The notes beneath the pieces were generated by a model. It was not told the origin of the DNA, searched no databases, and worked only from the letters and a program-made list of their open reading frames with translations. Below, in pieces: positions 38,861-47,990 of a DNA stretch of 64,000 nt. The stretch spans positions 1,216,001 to 1,280,000 of the forward strand of contig CAVUCU010000001.1 of the NCBI GenBank assembly GCA_963740085.1. Direction: 5' to 3'. Within the stretch, counting starts at the first letter, position 1; every line of letters starts with the position of its first letter. Made by a program: the position numbers and the translations under genes. Origin of the DNA: Nitrospirota bacterium (GTDB lineage Bacteria > Nitrospirota > UBA9217).

Positions 38861-41800
38861 TCACTGGCCGCTGAACCACTTCACGGCGTCGCGGACGCTC
38901 ACTTGGTCAAACTTCATTCTCATCTTGACAAACGGCCCCTCGCTGGTGAAATCAGCCTTCGAGAAATCGCGGTCTTTAAAACCATTGAAATTGTATCCCA
39001 CACTTATCCAGAGGTTCCTGCCGGCGTTGAACCCGACCGATGCGCCGGTCCCGTATTTTTCCTGGCGCAGGCTTAGGGAGTGGAGCCGCATGCCGCGGAG
39101 ACCAATATCCCACTTCTTCGTGACATCGAAACGGCCCTCCAGCCCGACCAGGTCAGTGTATCCCCGATAATCGTTCTCATCGATCCGTTCCTGGACGTAT
39201 TTTGAAGCGTACTGCAAAGAAACCTGGGTCCTGATAGTCGTCTTGATGTTCGCAACAAGGTTGTTGACAAAGCGCTTGTTGTCGTCGTAGGTTGTTATCC
39301 CTCCATGCTGCTCTGACTGTATCAGATCCAGCCGGTCCAGGATGATGACGCGGGTGTCGAAGGGGCGGTGCACAAGGCTCAGACGCAGATCGCTACTGGC
39401 TTTCTCCTCCCCGGCAAGGATGTTGCTCCGGAACGTCTGCAGTCCCAGCGCAAGAGCGAGTCCCTCCCGCACCTCGCCGTTCGCACCCATGAACAAACCG
39501 AACTTGCGTTCGGAATCTGAATCGCGGTTTTCCACCCTCGCGGTCCATGACCATTTTTCCTGACGATATCCTACGCCAAGAGAAGTCGCTGTAAAGTCCT
39601 CGCTGCTCCCCGATGCGGGAGGAACGTTGGTGTTGACAGAATAGGTACCCGTGTTATGCAGCGTCTGGCTTCGATCCAGACCGCCATCCACGCTCCACTG
39701 CTTCGTGATCTGCCAGGACTGCTTCAGTCCAGTGGTGGAGAAAAGCCGCACGCCGTTCTCGGTCGACTGCTGTTCCATGGAGGACCCGATCTGGCCGCCG
39801 GTCCACGGCGATGTCCTGATCCCGATGCGCGTGGTCTCGGTGTCTATCGTGGAACCATTCGTCCACTCCTGGTCGGCGAAGAACGTTGATTTCTCATTGA
39901 GCTTGTAGTCAGCCCCGACGGTCGTCCTCGTCGGGAAATCGACGTTGTTGTTCGCTCCGATGGACTGATCGCGACTGATCCGGACCGCAGTCTTGTCGGT
40001 CACCTGGGCCCTTATGCCGGAGAAGAGCTGGTCGGACCGTTGCGTCTCGCCGAAGCTCTGTGTCCCAGCAGTGCTCAGGGTGTCATCAGCCTGGCGCAAA
40101 CCCGCCGTCACCGTATACCGTCCCGCAGTGTAATTGCTTCGCACCTCGGCCATGTCGCGCACCGCGCCGGTGGATAAATTGTTCTGCTCGAACACCTCTC
40201 CGCCAATGGTCCACAGTTTGTTGATCCGATAATTGAGGTCCGCTCCGATCTTCCGGGTGCCAGTCTCGCTGCCACTCTGCTGACCAAGCCCGAACCCGCC
40301 TTGCTGTTCCCGAACGTAAGCCTTACCCTCAGCTTTTTCCGAACGGTGCTGCAACTCCGCGAGAAATGCGTCACCTTGGCTCGTGACGCCCGCCAGGTCC
40401 GTCTTTGTCGTGGCGGCCTCCGCCCGGAGCAGGTCATACTCACCGAGCTTGACCTTCGCATCGACCCCTTCGAGGTTGCCCGATCCTCCCACCTGGCCCT
40501 CATGAACGTGGGAGGCGCCGACCTCTAAGCGGCTGTCGAGGAACCGCGCGGCAGCGCGGCCGCCATAGTTGTATTTCGCATCCTCGTCGTCAAAAGATTC
40601 ATATTCCGCAACAATGAAAATTGGATTGAAATTCCCGTCACGGCTGTATACCGGCATCTTGAAGAAAATGGTACCGGCATCGTAGTCGATAGTGTAGTCC
40701 AGGTTGTTTGTCAGCCGCTGGCTCGAAAGAATGACCTCGCTCTTGAACCGGTCCCGGGTCTCGATCGTGATCGTTTCTGAATTGAGCACGATATTCTTCC
40801 GTGACAGGTGGTAAAGTCCCGAGGTACCGTCGCCAGAGTACTCGTCCCGCACGTGGGCCTGGTTTGTATCCGCCAGAAAAACCGTGTATTCGTAATCCTT
40901 GGTCTTCATCTCCGACTTGAACCCGGTGAAGTTCCGGTTGTACCGTGACAGCTCGGTGATGGAAAGACCAGCATTAAAATCACCGAATAGGGCATAGAAC
41001 TGGTCGCGCTCCAGTTTGATGTAGATGCGCTTAGCGCTCGCCGCATCGTTGCCCTGAAGCGTACCATCGCCGTACAGGGTGTAGTACTTGTTCGGATCGA
41101 TGGTCTGATACAGGCTCGGCTGGTCAGTGCTGTCTGTTTTTTTACTGTCATAGGCCAGCGTGAGAAGCCACTCTCCCTTGATCCTGCCCTTGGCATAGAA
41201 GGCCAGGCGGTCCTCTTCGTAGAACTTGTCATCGCCTCCACCAGAAGTGAAGGTCTCCATGTTGCCCTTTACGGTATCGTATCCCACCGTGCCTTCGGCA
41301 AGGCCGACGAGGACCCAGTCCCGGTCCCCGGGTTTCAGCCACGTGCGGATTTCCTCAAATCGTTCAGCGTCAAGTTGCACACGAACAATCGCTTCTCCTG
41401 TCTGCGTTGTCGGAACAAGCTCGATCATCGCCACGCCGTCCTCGCCGACAAGATACCGGTATCTATCAGTATTCAGTGCAATGAGCGGCGATTGTTGAAG
41501 CTTATCAGCGCTCTGCTTGGGGATATACGGCGGATCAAGAAAATAATCGGCCCGCACTCCCTCCCTGGCGGGATGTCCATCCTTATCCAAGAGTTGTATG
41601 GCAAGAATTATGGGGGTTTTGCCATCCGCAATGAGCTTCGATCTCTCGGGCAACAGTATAGCCTTTGCCGGCGGTCCTGAATAGTGTACGGTCCGCTGCA
41701 GCCGCTTGACCTCGAAATCGGCGCCATCAGAGAGAACGAGTTCGAATTTATTGTCTCCCTCCTGTAAATGTATCCCGCGCCAGAAGCTGATGGCCACAGT

Positions 41801-44800
41801 GCCGTCAGATTTTTTGATCATTCCTTCATAATGAAGGAGATCCACCGCGTCGCCATTCAAAAAGAGTTTCAGTTTCTGGCTCGGATCGTGCTTTATAGCA
41901 ATTCTCAGACTCGCAATAGCAGGGTGATAGCCATCAACAGGCCAGAGCCACTCCAACCCCGGCTCTGCCTTTTCAACCCAGGCGGCATCGTAGTCCGGCA
42001 TGGTCTTGCCGTCGCCGATAGGCGTCAGGGACTCTGATTGCGGGTTCTCTAGCCAGATCTCGCCCTCGGACAAGCCCGTAATTGAAACGGACTTCACGCC
42101 ACTCGTTTCTTTGTCGTTGCGTACATAGTCCCAAGCGGAATCCTTGCGAGTGTCGACTCTGAACTCAACACGGCGGTTCAGCGCCCGTCCCTCTGCGGTC
42201 TTATTGGTCGCAACCGGTTCGTCAGGTCCCTTCCCGACGATCATGATCTGATCCGGGGCGAGCCGGAGTGTCTCGGCAATGACCTTGGCGACCGTCCTGG
42301 CGCGGCCTCGCGACAGCACGTAATTATCCGGGAACTCCTTGCTTGCCCTTGGGCGAATACGGTTGGAATCGGTATGACCGGTAACGGTAATATGCTCGAT
42401 ATTTCTTGATTTCATTTGTTCAATGATCTTCGATATTTCTTTCTGATCGCTCGAAGACAGGTCCGCCTTCAGCGAGGCGAACTTGGGATGGAATATGGCA
42501 TCGGGTTCGCTCATCTGACGCTTTAATTTGTAGCGGACAAGGTTCGTGTCAGCCACGGGCGTCTTCGCTCCTTGTGCTGCCGGAGTGTCGAAAACCAGGA
42601 ACGACTTCGTGGGCAGGTTTCCCTCAGCGCCTTGCGCCGGCACTGTCGCAGAGAACATGAGGGAACCCTCCCACCCGGCAGGCCGATCGCCCAAACGGTA
42701 GGTCAGGACGCCGTCGCTGAGGCCAGGATCAGGGACGCTGCCGTCAGCCAGAAAGCTGCTTCCCGGTGAGTATGTTACGCCGTCCGGCATCATTACGATC
42801 AGTCGGAGGTTTCGTACGGAGACCGATCCCACATGCAGTTTGGCTGAATAGGCGATGGTGTACTGGCAGTTCGCGTCGGGGAGACTGCAATTCTCATTCA
42901 CGAACGGCACCATGGCCGTATAGTCGTTATGGTCTTTCGCGTCCGGCCTCGAAGTCCCGGTCTGGTTCGTGGCCAGGGAATTCGTCTTCACTTCGCCGAA
43001 GCAATGCTCGCCGAAGATACACGTTTGGGCTGTAGCAAGGGAAGCCTCCGGCTCCCCTGCATCAACATGGTTAATCAAATCGCTCCTGGTCGTGACCAGG
43101 GATGTCTGCAGCTCAAGGCCGACTTCGCCGGTCTGTTTCGCTTTCGGAGGACGGAGCGCCAGATGGAAATCGGCCCTCCACAAGGAACCACCTTGCAAAT
43201 CCACGAACTGCGAAAATGACCTGCCCGCGAAACGCGTGTTATCCTCGCACTGCGCGGGCTCGTATTCCTCGGGCACCGTGACGGTATCAAGCTGCACCAC
43301 ATGAGTCCCCGGGAGAACAGCCGCGAAATGATACATCCCATTCTTGTCGGTTATGACATAGGATCCGTCCTCAAGGAAGATACGGACCCCTGCAATACCG
43401 TGCCCGTCTTTACCGCAGCCTTCAAGGATCCGGCCGACAATGGTCGTCCTGCTCAGAAAGAGATCCTCGGTCACCAGGACCGTAGCCGTCGCAATGTTGG
43501 ATACCACGCCGGAGGAGCCGTTCGCCACAGCCGTGTTCAAGGCCTTTCCAAGGTTAGCGCCGGCGCCCACTTCGGCCACGTAGGTGATGTCCGCTTTTCC
43601 CGCTGCGATGAGATTGCCGACCGTAAAGGTGACGCTCCGGCCGTCCTCGGAGATGACAGGCTCGGTCGCGGGAACACTGTTCAGGCGCACTGACCCTTTC
43701 CGGTACCGGAAACCGGCCGGCAGCCGGTCAGTAATGGTCACCCCCGGCGCCGGTGCGCTCTCGTCGATGTTTTCCACCGTAAGTTGATAGGGAACAAAGT
43801 CACCAATTGCCGCCGAATCCTTGCCTGCGGATTTGATGAGATAGAGCCGGGTGCTCAACGGGTCAATGGGAATATCGATATGGATCGCCGGCCCGGCGTT
43901 CACCAGGAACTCCTCACTGCGCGAGCCGGGCTCGGCAATGGCAAAAGGGGCTCCCGGCAGGGCCTGCAAAACACGGGTCGCGACGTTCGAAGGAGACCGA
44001 AAGCCTGAGGGCGGCAGGACGTCAAGGCGATAGCGGCCCGGGCTGATAAAGGGGAACCGGTATCCGCCTGGTGACATGGAGTACGCCCTGCCACTGCTGT
44101 CCACTGCCGTGCCACCAGTGATGAGGTTGGACGGAAAAGTCGAGATGCCGTCATCACCGTATACGGTCGCGGGATTACCCGTAGCGGTGTTCACCAGGGT
44201 GACGATCGCCCCGTCGACCGGCTGACCAGTCGTGCTGTTAAACAAAACGCCATAGGGATCGACCAGCGCAGTCGTTGTGTGGGAATCCGTCGGGTCCGCC
44301 GGGTCCACGTAGAGCGCTGTAATATGCGAATCGTTCACGAGATTCAGAAGACCGTTGTTGTCAATCTTTTGATCGGAGCTGGATTGTATGACCCCCATAA
44401 AGACGCCGGTGTTGGGTCCAGTCTCGGTCAGCTTGAGCACTTCTGTGTCCCCGGTCTTGTCGTCATGAACTGTCACCACGACGGTTTCCGCGACCGCGGG
44501 ATCGTTATTCTGGTCGCCGTCAGTCAATCGGATGAAGACCGGCTCGCCGGTGTGATACTGCGTCGGCGAAATGAGCGACAGCGGCTTGGCCAGATCGAGC
44601 CTTGCGGACGATCCTGCCGGCATCGGCGCGTCAAGAGGAACAAACGGTCCGGCCAGGTTTCCGCTGGGGCTATAGGATGTTGAATGAACGACAACAGTCT
44701 GTGCGCCCAGCGCATCAGGCGCGTACTGGAGGAATTCTAAGACCGCGGTAGTCCGCTGGACCATGGACGTCACTGACGCCGCAGGAGACGTTACGGTCAC

Positions 44801-45046
44801 CGGACTTCCCGCAGGCCCGTTTGTATACGTCGCGGTTGCGACATTGGTGATGATGGTGCCGGATGGCGTGATGGACCAGCCGACGGATGAGAACAGGATG
44901 ATGAAAAGGAATGATAACAGAGAAATAACTAGAGAAGAAAAAATTGGGGCCGCTTCAGCGAACGGGCGCAACGCGACCGTGCCTTCATCCTCATGGGTGG
45001 AGGTACGGTCGATGTGCGCGTCATGTGTGCCTAAGCGGTCCCTCAT
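38861..45046 (-). CDS. Giant DUF11 + OmpA-like peptidoglycan-binding + predicted C-terminal beta-barrel outer-membrane protein
   Basis: Hydrophobic signal; complete DUF11 (LIKS..GDFVPY..ITDRLP..NTA); OmpA motif TGHTD...LSRGRA...G.GPDEPVA.N...GRALNRRVE; ~800 aa of amphipathic beta-strands at the C-terminus. Confidence 0.85.
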   Translation of the reverse strand: MRDRLGTHDAHIDRTSTHEDEGTVALRPFAEAAPIFSSLVISLLSFLFIILFSSVGWSITPSGTIITNVATATYTNGPAGSPVTVTSPAASVTSMVQRTTAVLEFLQYAPDALGAQTVVVHSTSYSPSGNLAGPFVPLDAPMPAGSSARLDLAKPLSLISPTQYHTGEPVFIRLTDGDQNNDPAVAETVVVTVHDDKTGDTEVLKLTETGPNTGVFMGVIQSSSDQKIDNNGLLNLVNDSHITALYVDPADPTDSHTTTALVDPYGVLFNSTTGQPVDGAIVTLVNTATGNPATVYGDDGISTFPSNLITGGTAVDSSGRAYSMSPGGYRFPFISPGRYRLDVLPPSGFRSPSNVATRVLQALPGAPFAIAEPGSRSEEFLVNAGPAIHIDIPIDPLSTRLYLIKSAGKDSAAIGDFVPYQLTVENIDESAPAPGVTITDRLPAGFRYRKGSVRLNSVPATEPVISEDGRSVTFTVGNLIAAGKADITYVAEVGAGANLGKALNTAVANGSSGVVSNIATATVLVTEDLFLSRTTIVGRILEGCGKDGHGIAGVRIFLEDGSYVITDKNGMYHFAAVLPGTHVVQLDTVTVPEEYEPAQCEDNTRFAGRSFSQFVDLQGGSLWRADFHLALRPPKAKQTGEVGLELQTSLVTTRSDLINHVDAGEPEASLATAQTCIFGEHCFGEVKTNSLATNQTGTSRPDAKDHNDYTAMVPFVNENCSLPDANCQYTIAYSAKLHVGSVSVRNLRLIVMMPDGVTYSPGSSFLADGSVPDPGLSDGVLTYRLGDRPAGWEGSLMFSATVPAQGAEGNLPTKSFLVFDTPAAQGAKTPVADTNLVRYKLKRQMSEPDAIFHPKFASLKADLSSSDQKEISKIIEQMKSRNIEHITVTGHTDSNRIRPRASKEFPDNYVLSRGRARTVAKVIAETLRLAPDQIMIVGKGPDEPVATNKTAEGRALNRRVEFRVDTRKDSAWDYVRNDKETSGVKSVSITGLSEGEIWLENPQSESLTPIGDGKTMPDYDAAWVEKAEPGLEWLWPVDGYHPAIASLRIAIKHDPSQKLKLFLNGDAVDLLHYEGMIKKSDGTVAISFWRGIHLQEGDNKFELVLSDGADFEVKRLQRTVHYSGPPAKAILLPERSKLIADGKTPIILAIQLLDKDGHPAREGVRADYFLDPPYIPKQSADKLQQSPLIALNTDRYRYLVGEDGVAMIELVPTTQTGEAIVRVQLDAERFEEIRTWLKPGDRDWVLVGLAEGTVGYDTVKGNMETFTSGGGDDKFYEEDRLAFYAKGRIKGEWLLTLAYDSKKTDSTDQPSLYQTIDPNKYYTLYGDGTLQGNDAASAKRIYIKLERDQFYALFGDFNAGLSITELSRYNRNFTGFKSEMKTKDYEYTVFLADTNQAHVRDEYSGDGTSGLYHLSRKNIVLNSETITIETRDRFKSEVILSSQRLTNNLDYTIDYDAGTIFFKMPVYSRDGNFNPIFIVAEYESFDDEDAKYNYGGRAAARFLDSRLEVGASHVHEGQVGGSGNLEGVDAKVKLGEYDLLRAEAATTKTDLAGVTSQGDAFLAELQHRSEKAEGKAYVREQQGGFGLGQQSGSETGTRKIGADLNYRINKLWTIGGEVFEQNNLSTGAVRDMAEVRSNYTAGRYTVTAGLRQADDTLSTAGTQSFGETQRSDQLFSGIRAQVTDKTAVRISRDQSIGANNNVDFPTRTTVGADYKLNEKSTFFADQEWTNGSTIDTETTRIGIRTSPWTGGQIGSSMEQQSTENGVRLFSTTGLKQSWQITKQWSVDGGLDRSQTLHNTGTYSVNTNVPPASGSSEDFTATSLGVGYRQEKWSWTARVENRDSDSERKFGLFMGANGEVREGLALALGLQTFRSNILAGEEKASSDLRLSLVHRPFDTRVIILDRLDLIQSEQHGGITTYDDNKRFVNNLVANIKTTIRTQVSLQYASKYVQERIDENDYRGYTDLVGLEGRFDVTKKWDIGLRGMRLHSLSLRQEKYGTGASVGFNAGRNLWISVGYNFNGFKDRDFSKADFTSEGPFVKMRMKFDQVSVRDAVKWFSGQ

Positions 45047-45099
45047 ACAGTTCGATCAATTTCCCCGCCCTTCATGATGACGGGGAAGGTCATGTCTCC

Positions 45100-46200
45100 T
45101 TACTGGACAACAACCTGATACTTGATTACGGCGGAATTTCCTTGCGCGACCGTCAGGCCGGAAACCGTTACTATGTTTGTAGTAAAATCAGCGCCGTCAG
45201 CATCGCCGGTGTTCGTCTTGCAAACATTGTTCACTACGATACCGGACCCTCCGGCGCAAGGGTTGGAGGGGGCAACACCATCATCGTATTGGGTCCTGAA
45301 TGCGATATTTCCTGCCGAGATCATGGCATTGAGGTTGTCAGTAATTGCTACATTCGACGCATCAGCACCACCCGCGGCGTTTGTTACTGTCACGGTGTAC
45401 GTGATCACTGCTCCGGGTATCGCTTTGGGGCTCGCAAACAAGTTTACTGGATCCCAATACACCGTGGCCGTCTTGCTCACGGTCAAGCCCGCGGCAGTAA
45501 TGGTAAAGGTGCCACTTGCGGAGTGTTTCCCGTCACGCGCCACGTCGCTGGCAGCGCTCCCTGCTGCATCTCCGAATATTGTCATTACACAGATTGAGAT
45601 TGGCAGCCGTTTGTGTCCCGAGCTGTCTCATGTGGATGCGGTCAAGGTCCCCGCGTCTACGGCTGTCGCCAGAAGGTCGTAACCCGCGATTGAACCATTT
45701 GTCGCGGTTGCCGGTATATCACCGACGATCAGTACGGTAATGCTTGCGCCTGACGCGATGTCACCGAATGTGCCGGCAGTAGCGTACAGTGTATCGCCGG
45801 CGTCCCATTTGCCGTCATTGTTGTTATCGCGATAAATATTCGGAGTGGTCAACGTCCAGGTGTTCGTCGCCTTCGATACGGGTGACAGGGCAAAGCGCAT
45901 GGCCGTATTGCTCATATTCGAGACGAGGAACTGGATCGCCTGGAAGGTTGAACTCGGTGCGCTGGTCACATCGCTTTGTTTCGTAACAGTCAAATAGATC
46001 ACTCTGTCAACCACAAAGGTGACGGTGTTCCCCGGCACCGCGGTTTGCGGTACCGTGCCGACAGTATAATTCACTGTCGCCTGATTCGAGATACTGACTC
46101 CCGCGGCCGTATTCGCCGCCTGCGCGAACTGCGGGACCGCCACGGCAATCGCCACAAACAGCAGAATTGCCGCTATCTTATACATACTTTGCTTTATCAT
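45100..46200 (-). pseudogene. Secreted DUF11 pilin-like subunit interrupted by an in-frame TGA at 45628-45630 (pseudogene or sequence error)
   Basis: ORFs 45628..46200 and 45100..45585 are in the same frame and together align end-to-end with paralogue 46902..47936. Confidence 0.8.
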
Positions 46201-46386
46201 TGTTTCCTCCTAGTTTTTAATTAATTACGTTATTTAAATTGTGTTCCCTTTTTGTTTGCAGCCTGTTTATATCTCTTTTCACCTCCTAAGAATCATTCGC
46301 ATAGTGCACCTCCGCTCTTAGGTCCTTGAAAATCAGCATTTGTTCATCCATAATCTTATCCTCCAAATAAATAATTTAGAATGCGT

Positions 46387-46890
46387 CTATTTAATCCTTG
46401 CCTTGAATGAAACACTACCTGTACCACCAGCGGGGAGTGGCTTGGTCAGGGTCCATCTAATACCGGTGTAGTCTTCCGCCCCGGCCTGGCGCACCATTCC
46501 CTTCGCGTTTTTGACCATCAGTTTCTCCGGTGCGCTGTAGGTCTTCCCGCCGTCTGTTGAAAACTCGATGCGGGTGTTGCTCCCTTCTACGCTGTTGTCG
46601 AGATAGGTCATATTCTTGTCAATAGGATTCGTGATCACGACATCGGTGGCGGGCTGCTTGCCGGTGTTGGTATAGTGCGTCGTGAAAACCACCGTGTCTC
46701 CCGGCACCGTCGCCGCCGCTTTGGCGACATCGACCCGCTTAACGACCTTCTCGCCCTTTTCATTTCTTCCCGCAACCTCTACTTCCGCAACGGACTTGAG
46801 CGCTATGGCACTTTTCTGCTGTGTCCAAGCGGCCATCGGCGCCAGCAACACCAGCGCCAAAACTACCTGTAATATTCTTTGCATTATCAT
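46387..46890 (-). CDS. Secreted single DUF11-like domain protein (167 aa)
   Basis: Signal peptide; VPGDTVVFT..YTNTG..PATDVVITNPI...IRWTL...VSFKARIK*. Confidence 0.85.
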   Translation of the reverse strand: MIMQRILQVVLALVLLAPMAAWTQQKSAIALKSVAEVEVAGRNEKGEKVVKRVDVAKAAATVPGDTVVFTTHYTNTGKQPATDVVITNPIDKNMTYLDNSVEGSNTRIEFSTDGGKTYSAPEKLMVKNAKGMVRQAGAEDYTGIRWTLTKPLPAGGTGSVSFKARIK

Positions 46891-46901
46891 CTCCCCCTTT
46901 T

Positions 46902-47936
46902 TTATTTGATCTTAACTTCAAAAGTTATCGTTTGTATCGGCGACGCGCTCGTCAGATTTCCGAGCTTCACGGTCACAGTATTCGGTGTCGTCACCCCCAC
47001 GTCCCCGGCGTCGGTGTCGGCGATATCAGTAAGGGCTGCATTGTTCAGCCGGAGTGAATTGGCGATATACACCGTGTTCAACGGCAGCGGGTCGCTGATC
47101 ACCACGTTGTTCGCTGTGCCTCCCCCCGATGTGGCCGCAACAATCGCGTACCGGAGCGTCGCCCCCGGGAGGGGCAGGCCTCCGCCCCATTGGTCAAGTA
47201 TTGTAACGGTCTTGCTTAGGCTCACGTTCAATGCGGCAACGGATATTATGTTGAAAGCGCCGCTCGCCGAGTGCTTTCCGTCCCGCGCTCCGTCGCCGGC
47301 AACGCTTCCCGCGATGTCCAGGAACACCGTGTCGATACCCGATGTATTGGGCCCCGCGGTCTGCGTGGAAACATTCAAGGTTCCGGCATCGACCGCTGTC
47401 GCCACCAGGTCATATAGCGCTGATTGGCCGATCGTCAGACCCGCGGGCGCGTCCGCGACGATCAATACCGTGACCGATGAGTTTGATACAAGGTCCCCGA
47501 ACGTGCTTGCGTCGCTGTACAGGGTGTCTCCCGCGTCCCAGGTGCCGCTGTTGTTATTGTCTCGAAAGATTCGGACATTGTTCATGGTCCATGTGTTCGT
47601 GGCCTTCGATACGGCCGAGAAAGCGAAGCGCAGGGTCGTATTGCTCGTATTGGAGACGAGAAACGACAGGGCTACGTTGCTGGAGGTCGGCGCGGTATTC
47701 ACATCCGAGTTCTTGGTCACAACCATGTTGATCGCCCGGTCTACCATGAAGGAATTCCCGGCCGTCGCAGTATGGTTCACGCCGCCGCTGAAAAAACTGA
47801 CTGAGACGGTGTTTGTGATGACCATCCCGGCAGGTGTGCCCGCAGCCCGGGCATTACCCGCTGCAAAAAAGAACCCGGCAAGGAATACGATGATTCCCCA
47901 GCATGCCGCGTAATATATTTTTTTTCTGTTTTGCAT
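46902..47936 (-). CDS. Secreted DUF11 pilin-like subunit (344 aa)
   Basis: Signal ARA|A; N-terminal AGTPAGMVITNTV; DNNNSG Ca-loop-like motif; C-terminal DUF11 LSKT..PGATLRY..ISDPLP..ITFEVKIK*. Confidence 0.88.
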   Translation of the reverse strand: MQNRKKIYYAACWGIIVFLAGFFFAAGNARAAGTPAGMVITNTVSVSFFSGGVNHTATAGNSFMVDRAINMVVTKNSDVNTAPTSSNVALSFLVSNTSNTTLRFAFSAVSKATNTWTMNNVRIFRDNNNSGTWDAGDTLYSDASTFGDLVSNSSVTVLIVADAPAGLTIGQSALYDLVATAVDAGTLNVSTQTAGPNTSGIDTVFLDIAGSVAGDGARDGKHSASGAFNIISVAALNVSLSKTVTILDQWGGGLPLPGATLRYAIVAATSGGGTANNVVISDPLPLNTVYIANSLRLNNAALTDIADTDAGDVGVTTPNTVTVKLGNLTSASPIQTITFEVKIK

Positions 47937-47990
47937 AGTCGTATTCGTTCAGCCTTGTCCTTCACCGGCCGGGACAATGCCTTCAGTGAC

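Noticed and set aside
45628-45630. Selenocysteine or programmed read-through at the in-frame TGA
   Set aside because: The paralogue has Gln, not Cys, at this position, and the peptide after the TGA is out of register with the paralogue. Clustered indels explain it better.
46879-47913. Long antisense ORFs (e.g. 46879..47913 +, 7237..8181 +, 3297..4319 -, 24727..25557 +)
   Set aside because: They mirror well-supported genes on the opposite strand, as expected with GC-rich codon bias, and have no motifs.
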